Both the position numbers and the translations under genes were made by a program. Below are positions 19,480 to 31,568 of a stretch of DNA of 64,000 nt, one piece after another. Within the stretch, counting starts at the first letter, position 1, and each line of letters opens with the position of its first letter. Origin of the DNA: Minutocellus sp. GHC0000111 (taxonomy: Eukaryota); the NCBI GenBank assembly GCA_977018835.1, contig OZ361256.1, positions 2,108,001-2,172,000 on the forward strand, given 5' to 3'. The notes beneath the pieces were generated by a model that did not search any database, was not told where the DNA came from, and was given only the letters and a program-made list of their open reading frames with translations.

Positions 19480-21636
19480 ATGCTGTCCAGCGCCGTCCTA
19501 AGGGCGGTGACACGCCCCCTCCAGCAGGGAGGCGCATCATCTGCCACTACAGGTCTTGTATCTTCGGCAGTATCTCGCCATACCTCGGCGGCGTCACGAG
19601 GAGGAGGATCGGTGTGGCAATATTCCACCACCCTCCCCCGTCCGTCCGAGGCCGCCGCCGAAGATACAGCTGACGCCGACGACAGTGCAGAGGAGGTCCC
19701 ACCCCCGCCCTTCCTCAAGGCCAACGCCAAGGTAGCCGCGCGGCAATACAACGATCGCCGGGCCGCCTACAAGCGCGCCGTCGGCAAGCTGCGAAAGTCC
19801 TACGCCGAGGAGATTGCCGCCCAGCGCAAATCCGACGAGGAGGCCGCCGAGCGCAAACGAGCGGCCCTGACCCGGCAGCGGCTCGAGCGACAGCGCGCCA
19901 AGAACATTCAGTCGGCCCGCAACGCCGCCCGGGCCGAGGAGAAGCGGCGGGCCCGCCAGGCCGAGTTCGAGGAGGAGCTCCGCGTCGCCCAGATCAACCG
20001 CGACGCGCGCAAGGCGCGGTTCGCCAGGGCAAGGGAGCTGGTCGTCGACGAGCTGGAGGCCGAGGCGCCGCTTTGGTTGACGACGGCCGAGGAGGTCGAG
20101 GCGGCCCTCGACGAGGCGGGGACGCAGCAATTGTGGACCCGGCCGGGGGGTGTCGTCGGGGCGCCCAACCCCACGGACGACGCCAGCTTCTGGCGCTACG
20201 AGGCGCACACGTGGGACATGTCCAAGACGTACAGCACCCCCCGCGAGGAGCTGCTGAGGGAGTTGGAGGAGATGAGCTACATGGAGGCCAACGTCAGCGA
20301 GATGTACTGGACCGACGAGCGGGTGGAGGAGGAGCGGAAGTTGGAGGACCGGGCCAAGCTCCGGGCCATGGTGCGGGAGGAGGGACGGAAGGCCCTGCTG
20401 CTCAAGCAGAAGCGGATGATGCAGGATCAGTACGGGCAGCAGTGTGGTGGCAAGCAGAAGAATAGTCCGGAGGGCGAGAAGACCATTCCCCGTCCCATGC
20501 CGGCGCCCAAGTTGGACTTTTTGACCAACGACGATGCCATGGAGAGGGAGGGCGTCAAGATATTGAAGGAGGATCCCACCAAATTCTTCAGGTTCGAGGA
20601 CGAGGGCATCGTCAAGGCCGGGGAGGGAGAGGAGGACGCAGGAGGCGAGGTCGACCGGGCCACCCTCGGACGGCCCATCGGCCTGCGCGACCCGGTCCGG
20701 GAGGATGCCTCCGGCATGCTCGACGGAACCTCCCCCTACCCCCTCAACGTCGGTCGGGAGCCCCGCGCCGATACCCGCACTGCCGCCGAGCGCAAGCGCG
20801 ACGAGCGAGAGCAGCGCATGCTGGAGGCCGCCCAGGAGGCGCAGGCCGGGGACAAGAAGGGATCGTCGTCGTCGGCCAGCATCGAGCAGGCCGCCGAGGA
20901 GACCCTCGAGGACGGGACCGACCCCATCGACTACGATGCCATTGGCAACGCGGGAGACAAGGGCGACCAGGAATGGGAGGAGGGACTCGACCCCAACAAT
21001 CCGGAGGATGCCGAGATCCTCGCCACTCCCCGGCAGCATCGCTACACCGAGGAAGACGTCGACTGGGTCATCGACCAGCTCACCGACAAGACCGAGAGGT
21101 TGGAGGAGGTGGTTCGCTTCGAGAAGGAAAGTCTTCGACAGGACATGCTGGCCAAGGGCGATGCTCAGGACGTCAGCGATGCCCTCGGTGCTGCCGCGAC
21201 AAAGAGCGAGGGCGTGGACGAGCGAGGACGCAAATTCGTCCAGTACGACCTTGAAGATGACAACACCAGTGCTGATTCCGATACCGATGCTCTCCTTGCG
21301 GAAGTACAGTCTCTCCAAGATAGTCTAACACCCGAGCAGATCAAGGCCATCGAATCGATCGACATAAGCGAGCTCGGCAACATTGACGAATCCATGTCCT
21401 CCGAGGACATTGCCCAAGCATTGAGCAAGGTGCCGGGTCTGTCGGAAGAACAAATCCAAGCCATGATTGACCTTGAGAAGACTTTGGAGGGCAACGAGGC
21501 AATACAACAGGCATTGGATCGAGACCTCGACGATGACCTCGATCGATTGTTGGAGAGCGACGAGGCACTGAAAAAAGCATACGAGGAAGGGGACATGGAC
21601 CAAATCAAAAAGGAGCTTGAGCGATTGCTAGATTAA
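19480..21636 (+). CDS. Mitochondrion-targeted coiled-coil protein, possibly mitoribosomal mS26-like with a long acidic extension
   Basis: Arg/Ser-rich presequence (MLSSAVLRAVTRP). A long charged helix (AAYKRAVGKLRKSYAEEI...) ends in LWLTTAEEVEAAL, resembling mS26 by recollection. Divergent from eIF2-beta across 198 bp. Confidence 0.6.
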   Translation: MLSSAVLRAVTRPLQQGGASSATTGLVSSAVSRHTSAASRGGGSVWQYSTTLPRPSEAAAEDTADADDSAEEVPPPPFLKANAKVAARQYNDRRAAYKRAVGKLRKSYAEEIAAQRKSDEEAAERKRAALTRQRLERQRAKNIQSARNAARAEEKRRARQAEFEEELRVAQINRDARKARFARARELVVDELEAEAPLWLTTAEEVEAALDEAGTQQLWTRPGGVVGAPNPTDDASFWRYEAHTWDMSKTYSTPREELLRELEEMSYMEANVSEMYWTDERVEEERKLEDRAKLRAMVREEGRKALLLKQKRMMQDQYGQQCGGKQKNSPEGEKTIPRPMPAPKLDFLTNDDAMEREGVKILKEDPTKFFRFEDEGIVKAGEGEEDAGGEVDRATLGRPIGLRDPVREDASGMLDGTSPYPLNVGREPRADTRTAAERKRDEREQRMLEAAQEAQAGDKKGSSSSASIEQAAEETLEDGTDPIDYDAIGNAGDKGDQEWEEGLDPNNPEDAEILATPRQHRYTEEDVDWVIDQLTDKTERLEEVVRFEKESLRQDMLAKGDAQDVSDALGAAATKSEGVDERGRKFVQYDLEDDNTSADSDTDALLAEVQSLQDSLTPEQIKAIESIDISELGNIDESMSSEDIAQALSKVPGLSEEQIQAMIDLEKTLEGNEAIQQALDRDLDDDLDRLLESDEALKKAYEEGDMDQIKKELERLLD

Positions 21637-21800
21637 TGTCATACTAAGTTGACTCGACGCATCGTTCCTTACTATACTATAGCGTACGATCGTATATTTC
21701 TGTTTTCTCTCCTCTACTTCATTCCTGCCATCGATGCCCGACTACCAAAGATCACTATTCCCATCATACGGCGGTCCGAGCCCGAGCCCGCGTATCTGTT

Positions 21801-23143
21801 TCAGGCCTGAGCAGCGGTAGCCTCAGACTCGGCCCCAACCTTAGCCCCAACCTCGATCACGCTTGTAGCAGGCTCATCGGAGGCATTCTCAATGGCCATT
21901 AGTTTCTCGATACCCTGGTAAAGCTTACCGATGATCTCACTCTCCTTGATAAAGAGACGAGCAGAGGGAGAGATGTCCACAGTGCCATCGCTACCGATTG
22001 GGGTGTGCTCACCACCCGTGCCCCTGACTGAGAGTCCAAGAGGTTTACAAACTTCCTTTGCCATCTTATCGGTACCATCCGATGTCAGCTTGGGGATCTT
22101 GACGTGAACACTAGCACGCATGCCAGTGCCAAGGTTGGAAGGGCAGCTCGTAAGGTATCCAAAGTTGGCATCCTTTGCAAACTCGATGCCATCGAGCTTC
22201 TCGATGGTGTCCAGCATTGACTCGAGGCTGGAAAATACCTCCAGCAAGTCGGTACCCTTCTTCATGGCCATGATTCTCAATTGATCTTCTTCTCCGAACC
22301 AGATAATCTTTTCCTTGTCTTCGGACTGCCAACATCCACGTCCATAGGGCCAATCACTTGAGATGCCTGCACTCTTCAAATATGGGTCGGCATCCATATC
22401 CTTGAACATCACATGAGAGTCGACAAGCTCTTTGTACTTTTCCTGCGAGATAAGGTTAGGGTTCTCTCCACCCTCTTCTCCAAAGTCTGGAGTTAAGGAA
22501 TATACCGTGCCCCCATACTTCTCAGAAATCAGCTCGAAAGCGGGAAGCATTCTAAGCTCTAATTTGATGCGCTCCTCCTTGGTCATTTTTCCAGGAAGAT
22601 TGAATCCCACGAGGTTCCTACCAACACGGACACGCATGGACAGCTCCTTCTGGCCAAGCTTTCCAACGTCATAATCCACACCCTCGGTATTCCAATCCGT
22701 GATATGCTTCTTAGAGCCTGACCCATCACCATGATAATCTCGAATGGCCCTGTCAAAGAATCCGGAGAACTTTTGGTAGTCTAAGGGGGTCATGGCATAA
22801 CAACCAAGTCCCGAGTCAGGATTGTCGATCCCAGTCTGGACACAAGATGCAAAGACAAGGAGGTCTTCAGTAGAAACGACATTTGGAAGGAAAGAAGACA
22901 ATGCAGTGAGACCAAAAACGAGATGCAACTAGACCAATATGGACATATTGGCAGAGTATATTGTCTCTCACCATCGTTGGAAAGCTCCTTGACCTCCTCG
23001 GACTTGAGATAGTCCGCAAGGTACTTGCAGCAGCGATTGCCGGGATTCTTGGCAAGAACTTCGGCAGAGTCAGACAAGAGCTTGGCGACAAAGGTATCGC
23101 GATCCTCTGCGGTGGAGTTGGCGGTAAGAGTAAGAGAAGACAT
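21801..23143 (-). CDS. ATP:guanido phosphotransferase (arginine/phosphagen kinase); exons 23143-22972 and 22864-21801
   Basis: Signature CPSNLGT, also RVRVGRN, WPYGRG, EEDQLRI and RGTGGEH. A 107-bp GTGAG..AAG phase-1 intron restores the frame. Confidence 0.92.
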
Positions 23144-23449
23144 GTTTAGGGCAGGCAAAGGCTCGGTTTCTAAAACTTGTTGCAGAAGGGAAAGTGACTC
23201 GACTCTTCGCAGCTCTTCCCCAGGAAAGCCATCAGTTATCTGATGCCTTCCCTCATCTGGATTGCTAGAGCTACATGTAACATGTTTGCCAAAGTGAAAA
23301 TGGAAGATTTTCGGGTATCTAGCTAGTGTCCCTTCTCACTTTAAAACTTACATACTATGCATGTAACGCAAGGCGTTCGCCGTAATGTATATGCATGTTC
23401 CACACAATTGTTAGGAAACTATCCAACTCGAATGTAGTCATTATCGCAT

Positions 23450-24469
23450 CTACTCTTCGGTTTGAGAGAGACGACTACGATATAGATTCATCGCAGACCT
23501 ACTGCCGCCACTCGGGTGTCTGCTGCTTTTGTTTTTGGAAGAACTGCGATGCCCCGTCGCTTTCTCATTCTTTCTGCTGTGAACAAGATACTTCTTCAGT
23601 TCATGAATGGTATCATGGGCGAGCTCGAGGTCGACCTCCAGTTTGACAATCGTTTGGGTCTTTTCCTTGAGCATGGCCTTGAGTTCTTCAATTTCCATCC
23701 TCATGATCTCGACCTCGGCTTCAGATGTAGATGTAGTGGTGGTCTTATTCTTGCGATTGCCTCCGTTTGATCCAGAAGAAGTACGCTTGCCACTTCTACT
23801 TCTAACTATACTTGATCTCTTGTCATGTTTGGCTCGCTTGACTTCTTTGGCATCGGGACTAGTAGATGGATGATTCGTCTGCAAAAACGCTTCGGGGACC
23901 AAATCGACAGAGACATCTTGATCAGCAGCCGCAGCACCTTGATGATGATGGTCATTTGGTGAAGAAGACGGTTCCAACTCGTCAATGTCTGGTACTGATG
24001 GGATTCGTAGAGATTTTGCAGAACAGGTGATGGACTTTGCCGAAATATCCGGTCCATTTGGGCCGTACAGGCCTAGGGTAGACACAGAGTCCCAAGCCTA
24101 CTTCTCCGGCGAATGGCTTCGATTCACTTCGTCTCCGGTTGTCGACGAAGGTTCCGTCTCTTCTTCGTCGGAATTACTGCTCCTACTATTGAAGCGACAC
24201 GATGCTGCCAGCTTGTCACTGAAGCTCGATCTGACGTTGACCAAGACGGGGAGGGAGGAGCGGGCGATTGCGCCCTTGAGACCACCAAATCGAGACGATC
24301 TATTGGCAGATTTTCGGGATGCTGCTGCGGCAATGGCAGCCGCAGAAAGCTGCTGCGTTGCATCTTCCGCCTTGGGCTTTCGACGGCGTTGGCTTGTATT
24401 CATGTTTGTTTTGTCGTCGTCGTCTTTGGCAAAGGCTTCAACCTCTCCGTTCAATTCTATCGGAGCTAT
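23450..24469 (-). pseudogene. Ser-rich coiled-coil hypothetical gene with an in-frame TAG (24098-24100) and probable start loss
   Basis: ORFs 24098-24754 and 23450-24085 are the same frame, reading PEK*AWDSVSTLG. ccatcATAgctccg at 24469 looks like a mutated ATG context. Confidence 0.55.
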
Positions 24470-25036
24470 GATGGATCGAGGAAAAGAGTTCTGCGCAAAT
24501 AATGGCACTGGAGGAGGACCCGTGAATGGGAACTGGCCCCAAAACGCTATAGAGTCCACCGGCAAGCGAAGAACGTGTTGACAAAGCCGCCACGTAAAAG
24601 ATACGATATCTGAAATCGTGAAAAGTCGTGCATAGAACGGGAGGGCATAAGTTTTGGCAAGAGCAGATGCGACGTCGCGTCGCGACGTCACAAAAGGTAG
24701 GTGCGAACCAAATAAATGTCTTGGGTCCTGCGAACCCTCGATGACGCGTGGCATTTTGCATCGATCGAAGCATTCTCAGCTCGATTCTCTAGAGTAGCTA
24801 GGCTAGAAACTCGAAATCTAGCTCTAGCGTCTACTGGTACACATTGATACGATAAAAGCGTTTACTTAGTAAACTGTCGTACATGTAGGAATTCCTAGAG
24901 TCTAAGAGAGGTCTTGCCGGCATTTTGTAATTTCCGGCAAATACATGTAAAAAAAATCTGCTTTTCGATGGGGCACTTGCAAGTGTGTCATGTGTGTACG
25001 ATAACTTTGCCACACCTAGCTAGGTACTCTTCTTTA

Positions 25037-27664
25037 TCATTCTTCATTCTTGATAGGTCCCTCCTCTTCTTCTTCGAACTCGGCAGCTACCTCGGGGATA
25101 TTGCTCGGAAGTTTTCCGAGGACAAGGGCGCTGAGGCGGCGACGACCTTCGTCGGGAGGCTCATCTTCAAAGTCTCTCGCCATTTGGACACTGAGTCCAA
25201 GCTCTGACATCTTGGTACGAATAGTACTACGACGTCGGTAGACCAGATCGTTTCGTTCATCATACGAAACGCGTCTACCCATCTCCGTTGGAGTAAGTTC
25301 AACGACGTCAGGATCAATTCCATCCTTCTCAATCTTCTTCTCATCGACCAAAAAAAACGAAGGAGTTCTCAGTATGGTAATAAAGACCATGGAATAAGGA
25401 ATGATGCAAAGAAGGGTAATTTTCATGGCCCACCAAGGGATTCCTCTCATGGTAGCCGGAGGAGTAAGGAATGCGCCGTCGACAAAGGCAGGTTCGCCTT
25501 CGGCGGTGAGAGGAGTAGTGAGGCTAATACTGAAGAACAAGAACGCTGCGTACCAGAGATTCTTGAACGGTTCGTTGAGACCTGTCATCATCTTGTCCAG
25601 TAGCTCGGGTGTTAGAGTCTTCTCACCGAAACGGGAGAGGTGAGGCTTATCCCATTCAGGACGGCCAGGGAAGAGGATTGCCTGATCATCGGGCTTCCCA
25701 TCTTCACCAACAGTAGACCCCTTGCTACGATAGAAGCGACGATGGGCCAATTCGCAAACAAGAGCCACGGTAAGGTGGATTCCAAGTGCGGTAATACCAG
25801 CGTTGATGGCTCGGGGACTATCAGCCTTTGCTTGATAGCCAAAGTAAACAACAAGGACATAAATTGTCGATGCGATGGCACCAAATGACAAACACCAGGG
25901 GTGGAAGTCGGCGCGGCCCTTGCAGAACAGGCCAACAACAAAAGCTGGCACACACTGCATACTCAGAGGGAATTGACTGCACTCGACAAGAAAAAAACAT
26001 CGAAGTAGATGCAGAAAGGGTAATCGCAAATGAGTAATCTGATTAGAAAGGATGTACATTGTACAAAAGCAAGAAAACACAAGTGATGAAATACTCACAT
26101 GGCACCAAGGGCGGTGATTCCACTCCGCCATAGGATACCGATGCAAAGAGCTAGGGCGGTTGTAAGGAGGGAAACGACACGACCGAACCAAGCAATCTCT
26201 TTAGGAGTTGTCTGAGGGCGAAGGGGGTAGCAAATTTCTGCCGTAAGAAGCTGAGACGTGGCGATAATGAGGGAGTCGGCAGTACTCATGATAGCAGCAA
26301 GGCCAGCAGTGAATGCAATGATACCAACACCCTTGGCAAATCCACCAAGGTTCATAACCTCCTCGATAATGGCAGTGAAGGGGGACGCGGGCGTAGGCTT
26401 ACCGGCCAGCATCTGAACTCCGACTGTACCCAGGAAGGCACCTACGAACATTGTTACCCACGGGCCAATCGTAACAACGAACCAGCCGGCACGGAGAGAC
26501 TTGAGATTGATGGCTGCATAATTTCGCTGCATGAAATCTGTAGAGATGTAGCATTCAAATATGCAGTTGTTAGAGAGAGAATATTTGACGAATAAAAATG
26601 CGATGAATACGGGAAGATATCCCATCCATTCGCTTTCGTTTCATTCTCAACTTACGGGGCAAAGTAAAGAAGCTGACATTGATGAGGGAGAATTGCCAAA
26701 AGCTCCACTGTGTTTCCTTCGAAGGCGTCGCAAAGAATTCGGGCTGGGGGTAGGTTTCTACATCCAACTCGGTCCACCCTCCAAAATTCTTCTTGATGAT
26801 AGAAGGGAGCATGATGAAGGACAGAAGCATGACAAATCCCTGGATACAATCGGTGAGAGCGACAGAACTGAGTCCACCAGCCCACTCAAACATCAAAATC
26901 AAAAACATGATGATTACCACCGGGTAGGCTGTCAGGTACGAAATGGGGGTGTAGAAAACAATAGCAGAAGAATAAAATCAGGTGAGCAAGTAAAATAATA
27001 CGCGTGCCGAAATTATTGCTTGCGCATTGAAGGTACGACGTATCATTTCAACATTTCAACGTTTCAACGTTTCAACAAGGACTCCCAAGTAGGAACCCCT
27101 ATTTCCAAGTGTATATATATGGCACTCACAAGCATCAGCATCGAGTCCGAAGAGTGCGTTGAAAGTGCCCTTAAGAGCGTTGACCTGGGCAGAAAGATAG
27201 ATGATCGATGGCACCACCTGAAGGAAGACGATGGTGTATCTGAGGAGCTGACTCTGGAATCGATCGGTGATGAAGTCACTTGGAGACTGATGATTGCGCA
27301 CGACGCTGGCCTTGCGAAGGCGAAGGCCACATCCCGCAAGTCCGGCGGCACAGTAGGCGAAGGATGGCATCCATCTGAGAGATTGCCACCCCGTCCTGAA
27401 GCTTTCGTTTGGGATGCCGATGACAGTATAACCGCTGAATAGCGAAGCGAAGAGTGTGCCAGCGGTAATGATTGGGCCGAAGCGTCTGCCACCCAGATAG
27501 TGGGCCGAAAGTTTATCTGCGACATGTTCGTGGGCCATCTGCTCCATCTTGCGACGGGCCCAGAAGGCACAACCGAGGAGGAGAACGAAGTAGACCGGAA
27601 TCGCAATGTACAATCCCATGCGATTCTCCTCCGAGAGGAGATGACGTTCGGAGGTAGGCGTCAT
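25037..27664 (-). CDS. Sodium:solute symporter (SSS/SLC5 family); exons 27664-27130, 26928-26656, 26537-26099, 25976-25037
   Basis: YLGGR.FGP, ASLFSGYTVIGIP, GGLSSVALTDCIQG, AAIMSTADS. Three GT-AG introns have compatible phases (1,1,2). Confidence 0.92.
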
Positions 27665-28901
27665 CGTTGGCGTTGTTGATGGATGGCTTTGCTACGACTG
27701 GCACTGTATCACTGGCTTGATATCAATATCGATGGGATGTTGACGTCGGATATCTTTGCTACGAAGGCTTCTTCGTTGGTGTGACTTCAATGAATGAGTG
27801 GAATCAAATCGTTGGCGTTCGTTGCGCGCTTTCGGACCTTCTCGAGTTGGATATTGTGTGCGATGGTATCTTCCTCCTCTACCGCTGATGACGGTCCAGT
27901 AGCAGTAGTTAGGATGTTTTCACCGTTCTGTTGGGATATTATGGTTCGGCTCAAGTCCAACTGTTCGGAGATCACCTGCTTCGCTTTTTTGCAGTGTCAG
28001 GCGGCGCTGAGGCATCTTTGCATGCAGTTTGGATTCGATTCGATTCGATTCATTCACGGGGCAGAGATGTTTGCTGGAAAGCAACAAGTGCGAACAAGTC
28101 CCCGCATGCGCAGCGAACCCCCTCGATTGGACTCAATTGACTCACTTGACTCGACGCCAAGGTCTCCGCCCCCAGTCACTCCCTCTCCTAGAGGACGTCA
28201 CTCCCTCCTGTGGCTGTCTCTCGCTCGGCACCGGCACACACAGGTCTACCGGTAGGGATCCCTAGAATCTAGTCATCAAATTTACGCACAATCCAATGTC
28301 AGGAGAGTCTTCCTTTGCTGGTCTGGCTCGAGCACCGTCCCCCTTGAGAGACAGTTGTTCAAGAAAAAAATCTTCTCTCCCTCTCTCTACGCGTCTCATC
28401 ATCTTTCTCCCTCTCTCTCGTTTGCTCGCACGCAACAACAACAGCAACTTCAATACGGCAGATCTAGCTAGATCTGACTAGCTAGATCTCTCGGGGTGAT
28501 TGCAATAACATGTATATGTTGAGATAGATCTCTCAAGATCATCTTTCTCCCATTAGTACAATTGTATTATAGAAGACCTAGAATCAATAGAAGATGCATC
28601 TGTCTAATCAAATCAGCGGCTGAGAGGCTATGGTATGAATGAGGAATGATGCAAAAGTGAACGAATGTACCTGTACACACAGCCAGTGCACTCCACTCTC
28701 TCGCGACGCCCACAGCAGCCATATAATATAATATACAAGGTAACCTACCACCCCCCCTCCCCACATCACGCCCTAACCACCAGGGAGAAAAGAATGCTGC
28801 AAAACAAGGTGGGCAAACTGCACGTCGGACACCTCGTACTCCTCATAGCCCACCTTCAGGTACGGTCCCAACGTGCGATTCATTCATGATGAAAGGCAAC
28901 C

Positions 28902-29971
28902 ATGACGAGACCGGTACGCCTCGCAAGCGTCGCCTCTTGGCTACTTCTCGCATACATTTTGCCAGTGGAAGCGTTAGTTGCCTGCCCTCTGTCGCCATGC
29001 CGACTGAGTTCGTGTTTCCATGCATCCAAGAATGTTTGCAGATGCAATAGCAGCCGTCTGTTTTGCACTGCTGCACCACCAGCGGAAGTGGAGGTCGAGC
29101 AGCAAATACCACCACCAGCAGCGATACATGTAATAGATCAAGAGCAGGCCCCTCAAAATGATGAAATGGGTGCCCTCCTGCATTCGCTCGATCCGGCAAT
29201 ACTGGGGAGCAAATTGATCGAACGAATCCAAGAGCTTGCGCAGTACAAGCGCGAAAATGGACATTGCAACGTGCCCAAACGATATGGTCCGTTGGGCAAT
29301 TTTGTCAACAAGCAGCGACAGCTGCATCGCAAGCATATGGACGGTCAGTCCACGTCCCTAACACCCCCAAGAATACAGGTTTTAGAGAAAATGGGATTCG
29401 AGTGGACGGCCAACGCCAGGGCTGCCACCCGGCAGAGGAACGAGCGGATATGGATGGAACGGTACGAGGAGCTGAGAGACTATCGCAGGGTCCACGGGAC
29501 GTGCCGGATTCCGTCGGATCATCCCAATACCAAGCTGGTGGCGTGGGTGGCGGTGCAGCGGAAGGAATATCGCCGCATACTCCAGGAAGGAGGAGGTGGG
29601 ACAGATGGGACATCGTCCACGTTCCTCACCCCAGACCGGATGGAGCTGCTCGATGCCATTGGATTTGAGACATGTCGGCGCACGACGAGTTGTTCGAGAT
29701 TCGCCTGGCAGAACTGCGCGAATACAAGACCAAGTTTGGCGATACGCTGGTGCCGATAACCTACGAAAACAGAGGTCTGGCGCAGTGGGTCAGCAGACAA
29801 CGGTTGAAGTACCATCAGCTGCACAAGACCGGCGTTCGGCCGTACGGCTTTTCGGAGGAGAGAATGGCTGCGTTGGACGACCTTGGTTTTGTTTGGAGTT
29901 ATCGGCGGCACAAGGACGATGTCAGTCTAGATGACCTGGCGGAAGAATGGTTGCGAGAAAATAGTGCGTAA
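28902..29971 (+). pseudogene. Helicase-associated (HA) repeat protein with signal peptide; frameshift at ~29670 before the third HA repeat
   Basis: Three HA motifs (YKRENGHCNVP..LGNFVNKQR..LEKMGFEW; YRRVHGTCRIP..WVAVQR; YKTKFGDTLVP..WVSRQR..LDDLGFVW). The third lies in a different frame after gga ttt gag ac atg. Confidence 0.8.
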
Positions 29972-30132
29972 GGTAGACGAAAGGGGGAAGCTAATCGTAT
30001 GTTGCTTGTACATTGCAACATAAAAGTACGCGTCCAATACTCGCTACGTATAGTGCATAAGGTAGGCAGAAGGGGGTAGCCTAACCGTATATTGTTTCAT
30101 ACTTTCACGTACGCGTTCCATACTCGCTACGT
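29961..30132. repeat. Diverged tandem duplication of an ~85-bp unit covering the HA-gene stop and 3' UTR
   Basis: atagtgc(g/a)taaggtag..aaggggg..ctaa(t/c)cgtat..gtacgcgt..atactcgctacgt occurs at 29961-30049 and 30050-30132. Confidence 0.8.
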
Positions 30133-30403
30133 ATTGTTTATTCTTTTTGTGTTCTATTCGATACGGGGCGATATAGTTGCTTGGTGTATAATTTCATTTC
30201 GTTTCCCCTTCTTCAAGACTGATTCGTTGCATACTTGATAGTATTATCCAATCGAGAAGACCTCCAAGGCGATGCTCGATCGATGCAACGGTCCGATATT
30301 CCTCCCTGTATCACTGCATGTATTCACCATCTCTCTTTTTCCATTCGTTCGATATTCGTTTGTTGCCATCCGCCCATTCCATTCCCTCGCCCAGATTGAT
30401 CGT

Positions 30404-31345
30404 TCAGTTGAAACCACCACCAGCACCAAAGGCTCCACCCATGGCACCACCGCCGCCGCCGCCGAGCATACCTCCCATCATGGCGGCAATGGCGGCAGCG
30501 CCTCCACCAGTACCCCCACCGACACCACCACCACCTGCACCACCAATACCCCCACCACCGGCACCCATCATCATGGCGGCGGTGGCAGCCTGGACCTCGG
30601 GCTCCATCTGGGCAATCCTGGCGGCCTCGACGTCCGTGGAGTGCTGGGCACGGGTGTAGGCGATGCGGGTCTCGACGGCGGCATCCAAAAAGTGCTTGAG
30701 ACCGCCCAGAGCCTGGTCGCTGGCCCTCCGGACCGTGTCGAGGTGGGCCTCGAACTCCGATACGGCCCGGCGGTACTGCTCCTCGGCCTCGGCCCGGATG
30801 GACTCCTCGAGGTCGGCGGTGGGGTTGGCGGGCGGATTCTTGCGCTTCTTGCCGGCGGTGGCAGTAGCAGTAGCAGTAGCGTCGGATCCAGTGGTGGTAG
30901 TCTTGTCGACGAGATCCTCACCACCGGACGACTTGGCAGCCATGGTCTTGGCGGCGGCATCATTGGGCTTGCCCTTGGCCTGCTGCTGCTTGGACTTGTT
31001 GCCGTTGTTGACGACAGCCCCGGCCGTGGTCATACCGGTAAAGTTGGATCGCGATCCATCGTCGACCGTCTCGGTGTCGGTGATGAGGGCGCCGTCATCC
31101 ACCATCCCGCCACCGCCGCCGCCAATGCCACCGGCACCGACTCCAGCGCCCATCTGATGATGGCGGAGGGCAGCCGCAAGGTGGTTGTTGCCGCCTCCAT
31201 TGTTGTTGGCAGCAACCGAATCAAAGGCGTTTGGAAAGCCGCCTCCGCCAGTCGTACCGCCGCCACCGCCGAGTCCTCCACCGCCGCCACCTCCTCCGGG
31301 GATCTGCACCTCCATGCCGGCAAGGTTGTCGTAACCAAGGCTCAT
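30404..31345 (-). CDS. Gly-rich low-complexity protein with a central coiled coil
   Basis: ORF from MSLGYDNLAG (31345), strong codon bias, basic NLS-like GKKRKNP. Confidence 0.7.
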   Translation of the reverse strand: MSLGYDNLAGMEVQIPGGGGGGGGLGGGGGTTGGGGFPNAFDSVAANNNGGGNNHLAAALRHHQMGAGVGAGGIGGGGGGMVDDGALITDTETVDDGSRSNFTGMTTAGAVVNNGNKSKQQQAKGKPNDAAAKTMAAKSSGGEDLVDKTTTTGSDATATATATAGKKRKNPPANPTADLEESIRAEAEEQYRRAVSEFEAHLDTVRRASDQALGGLKHFLDAAVETRIAYTRAQHSTDVEAARIAQMEPEVQAATAAMMMGAGGGGIGGAGGGGVGGGTGGGAAAIAAMMGGMLGGGGGGAMGGAFGAGGGFN

Positions 31346-31568
31346 CGTTGCAGTTGTAGGGTAGTTGTGGTGGGTAGTTTGGTGTCGTCTTCGATTGATC
31401 TGTGGCATCAGTCAAAAAAGTAGGGAGCCACTTTGGATTTTTGACAACGCAAAAGATCAAAAAAAGAAAGAGGAGTTTTGCGAAAAAATCGGTCCGTCCT
31501 TCGTCCGATCGGCATTTCGTTCGGCGGCCATTTTTGACCAGGAACGCAATAATAATGAACAACAAACC

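Noticed and set aside
19594..21318. 574-aa minus ORF; likewise 30272-31423 and 57607-58848
   Set aside because: Antisense shadows of recognisable genes on the other strand.
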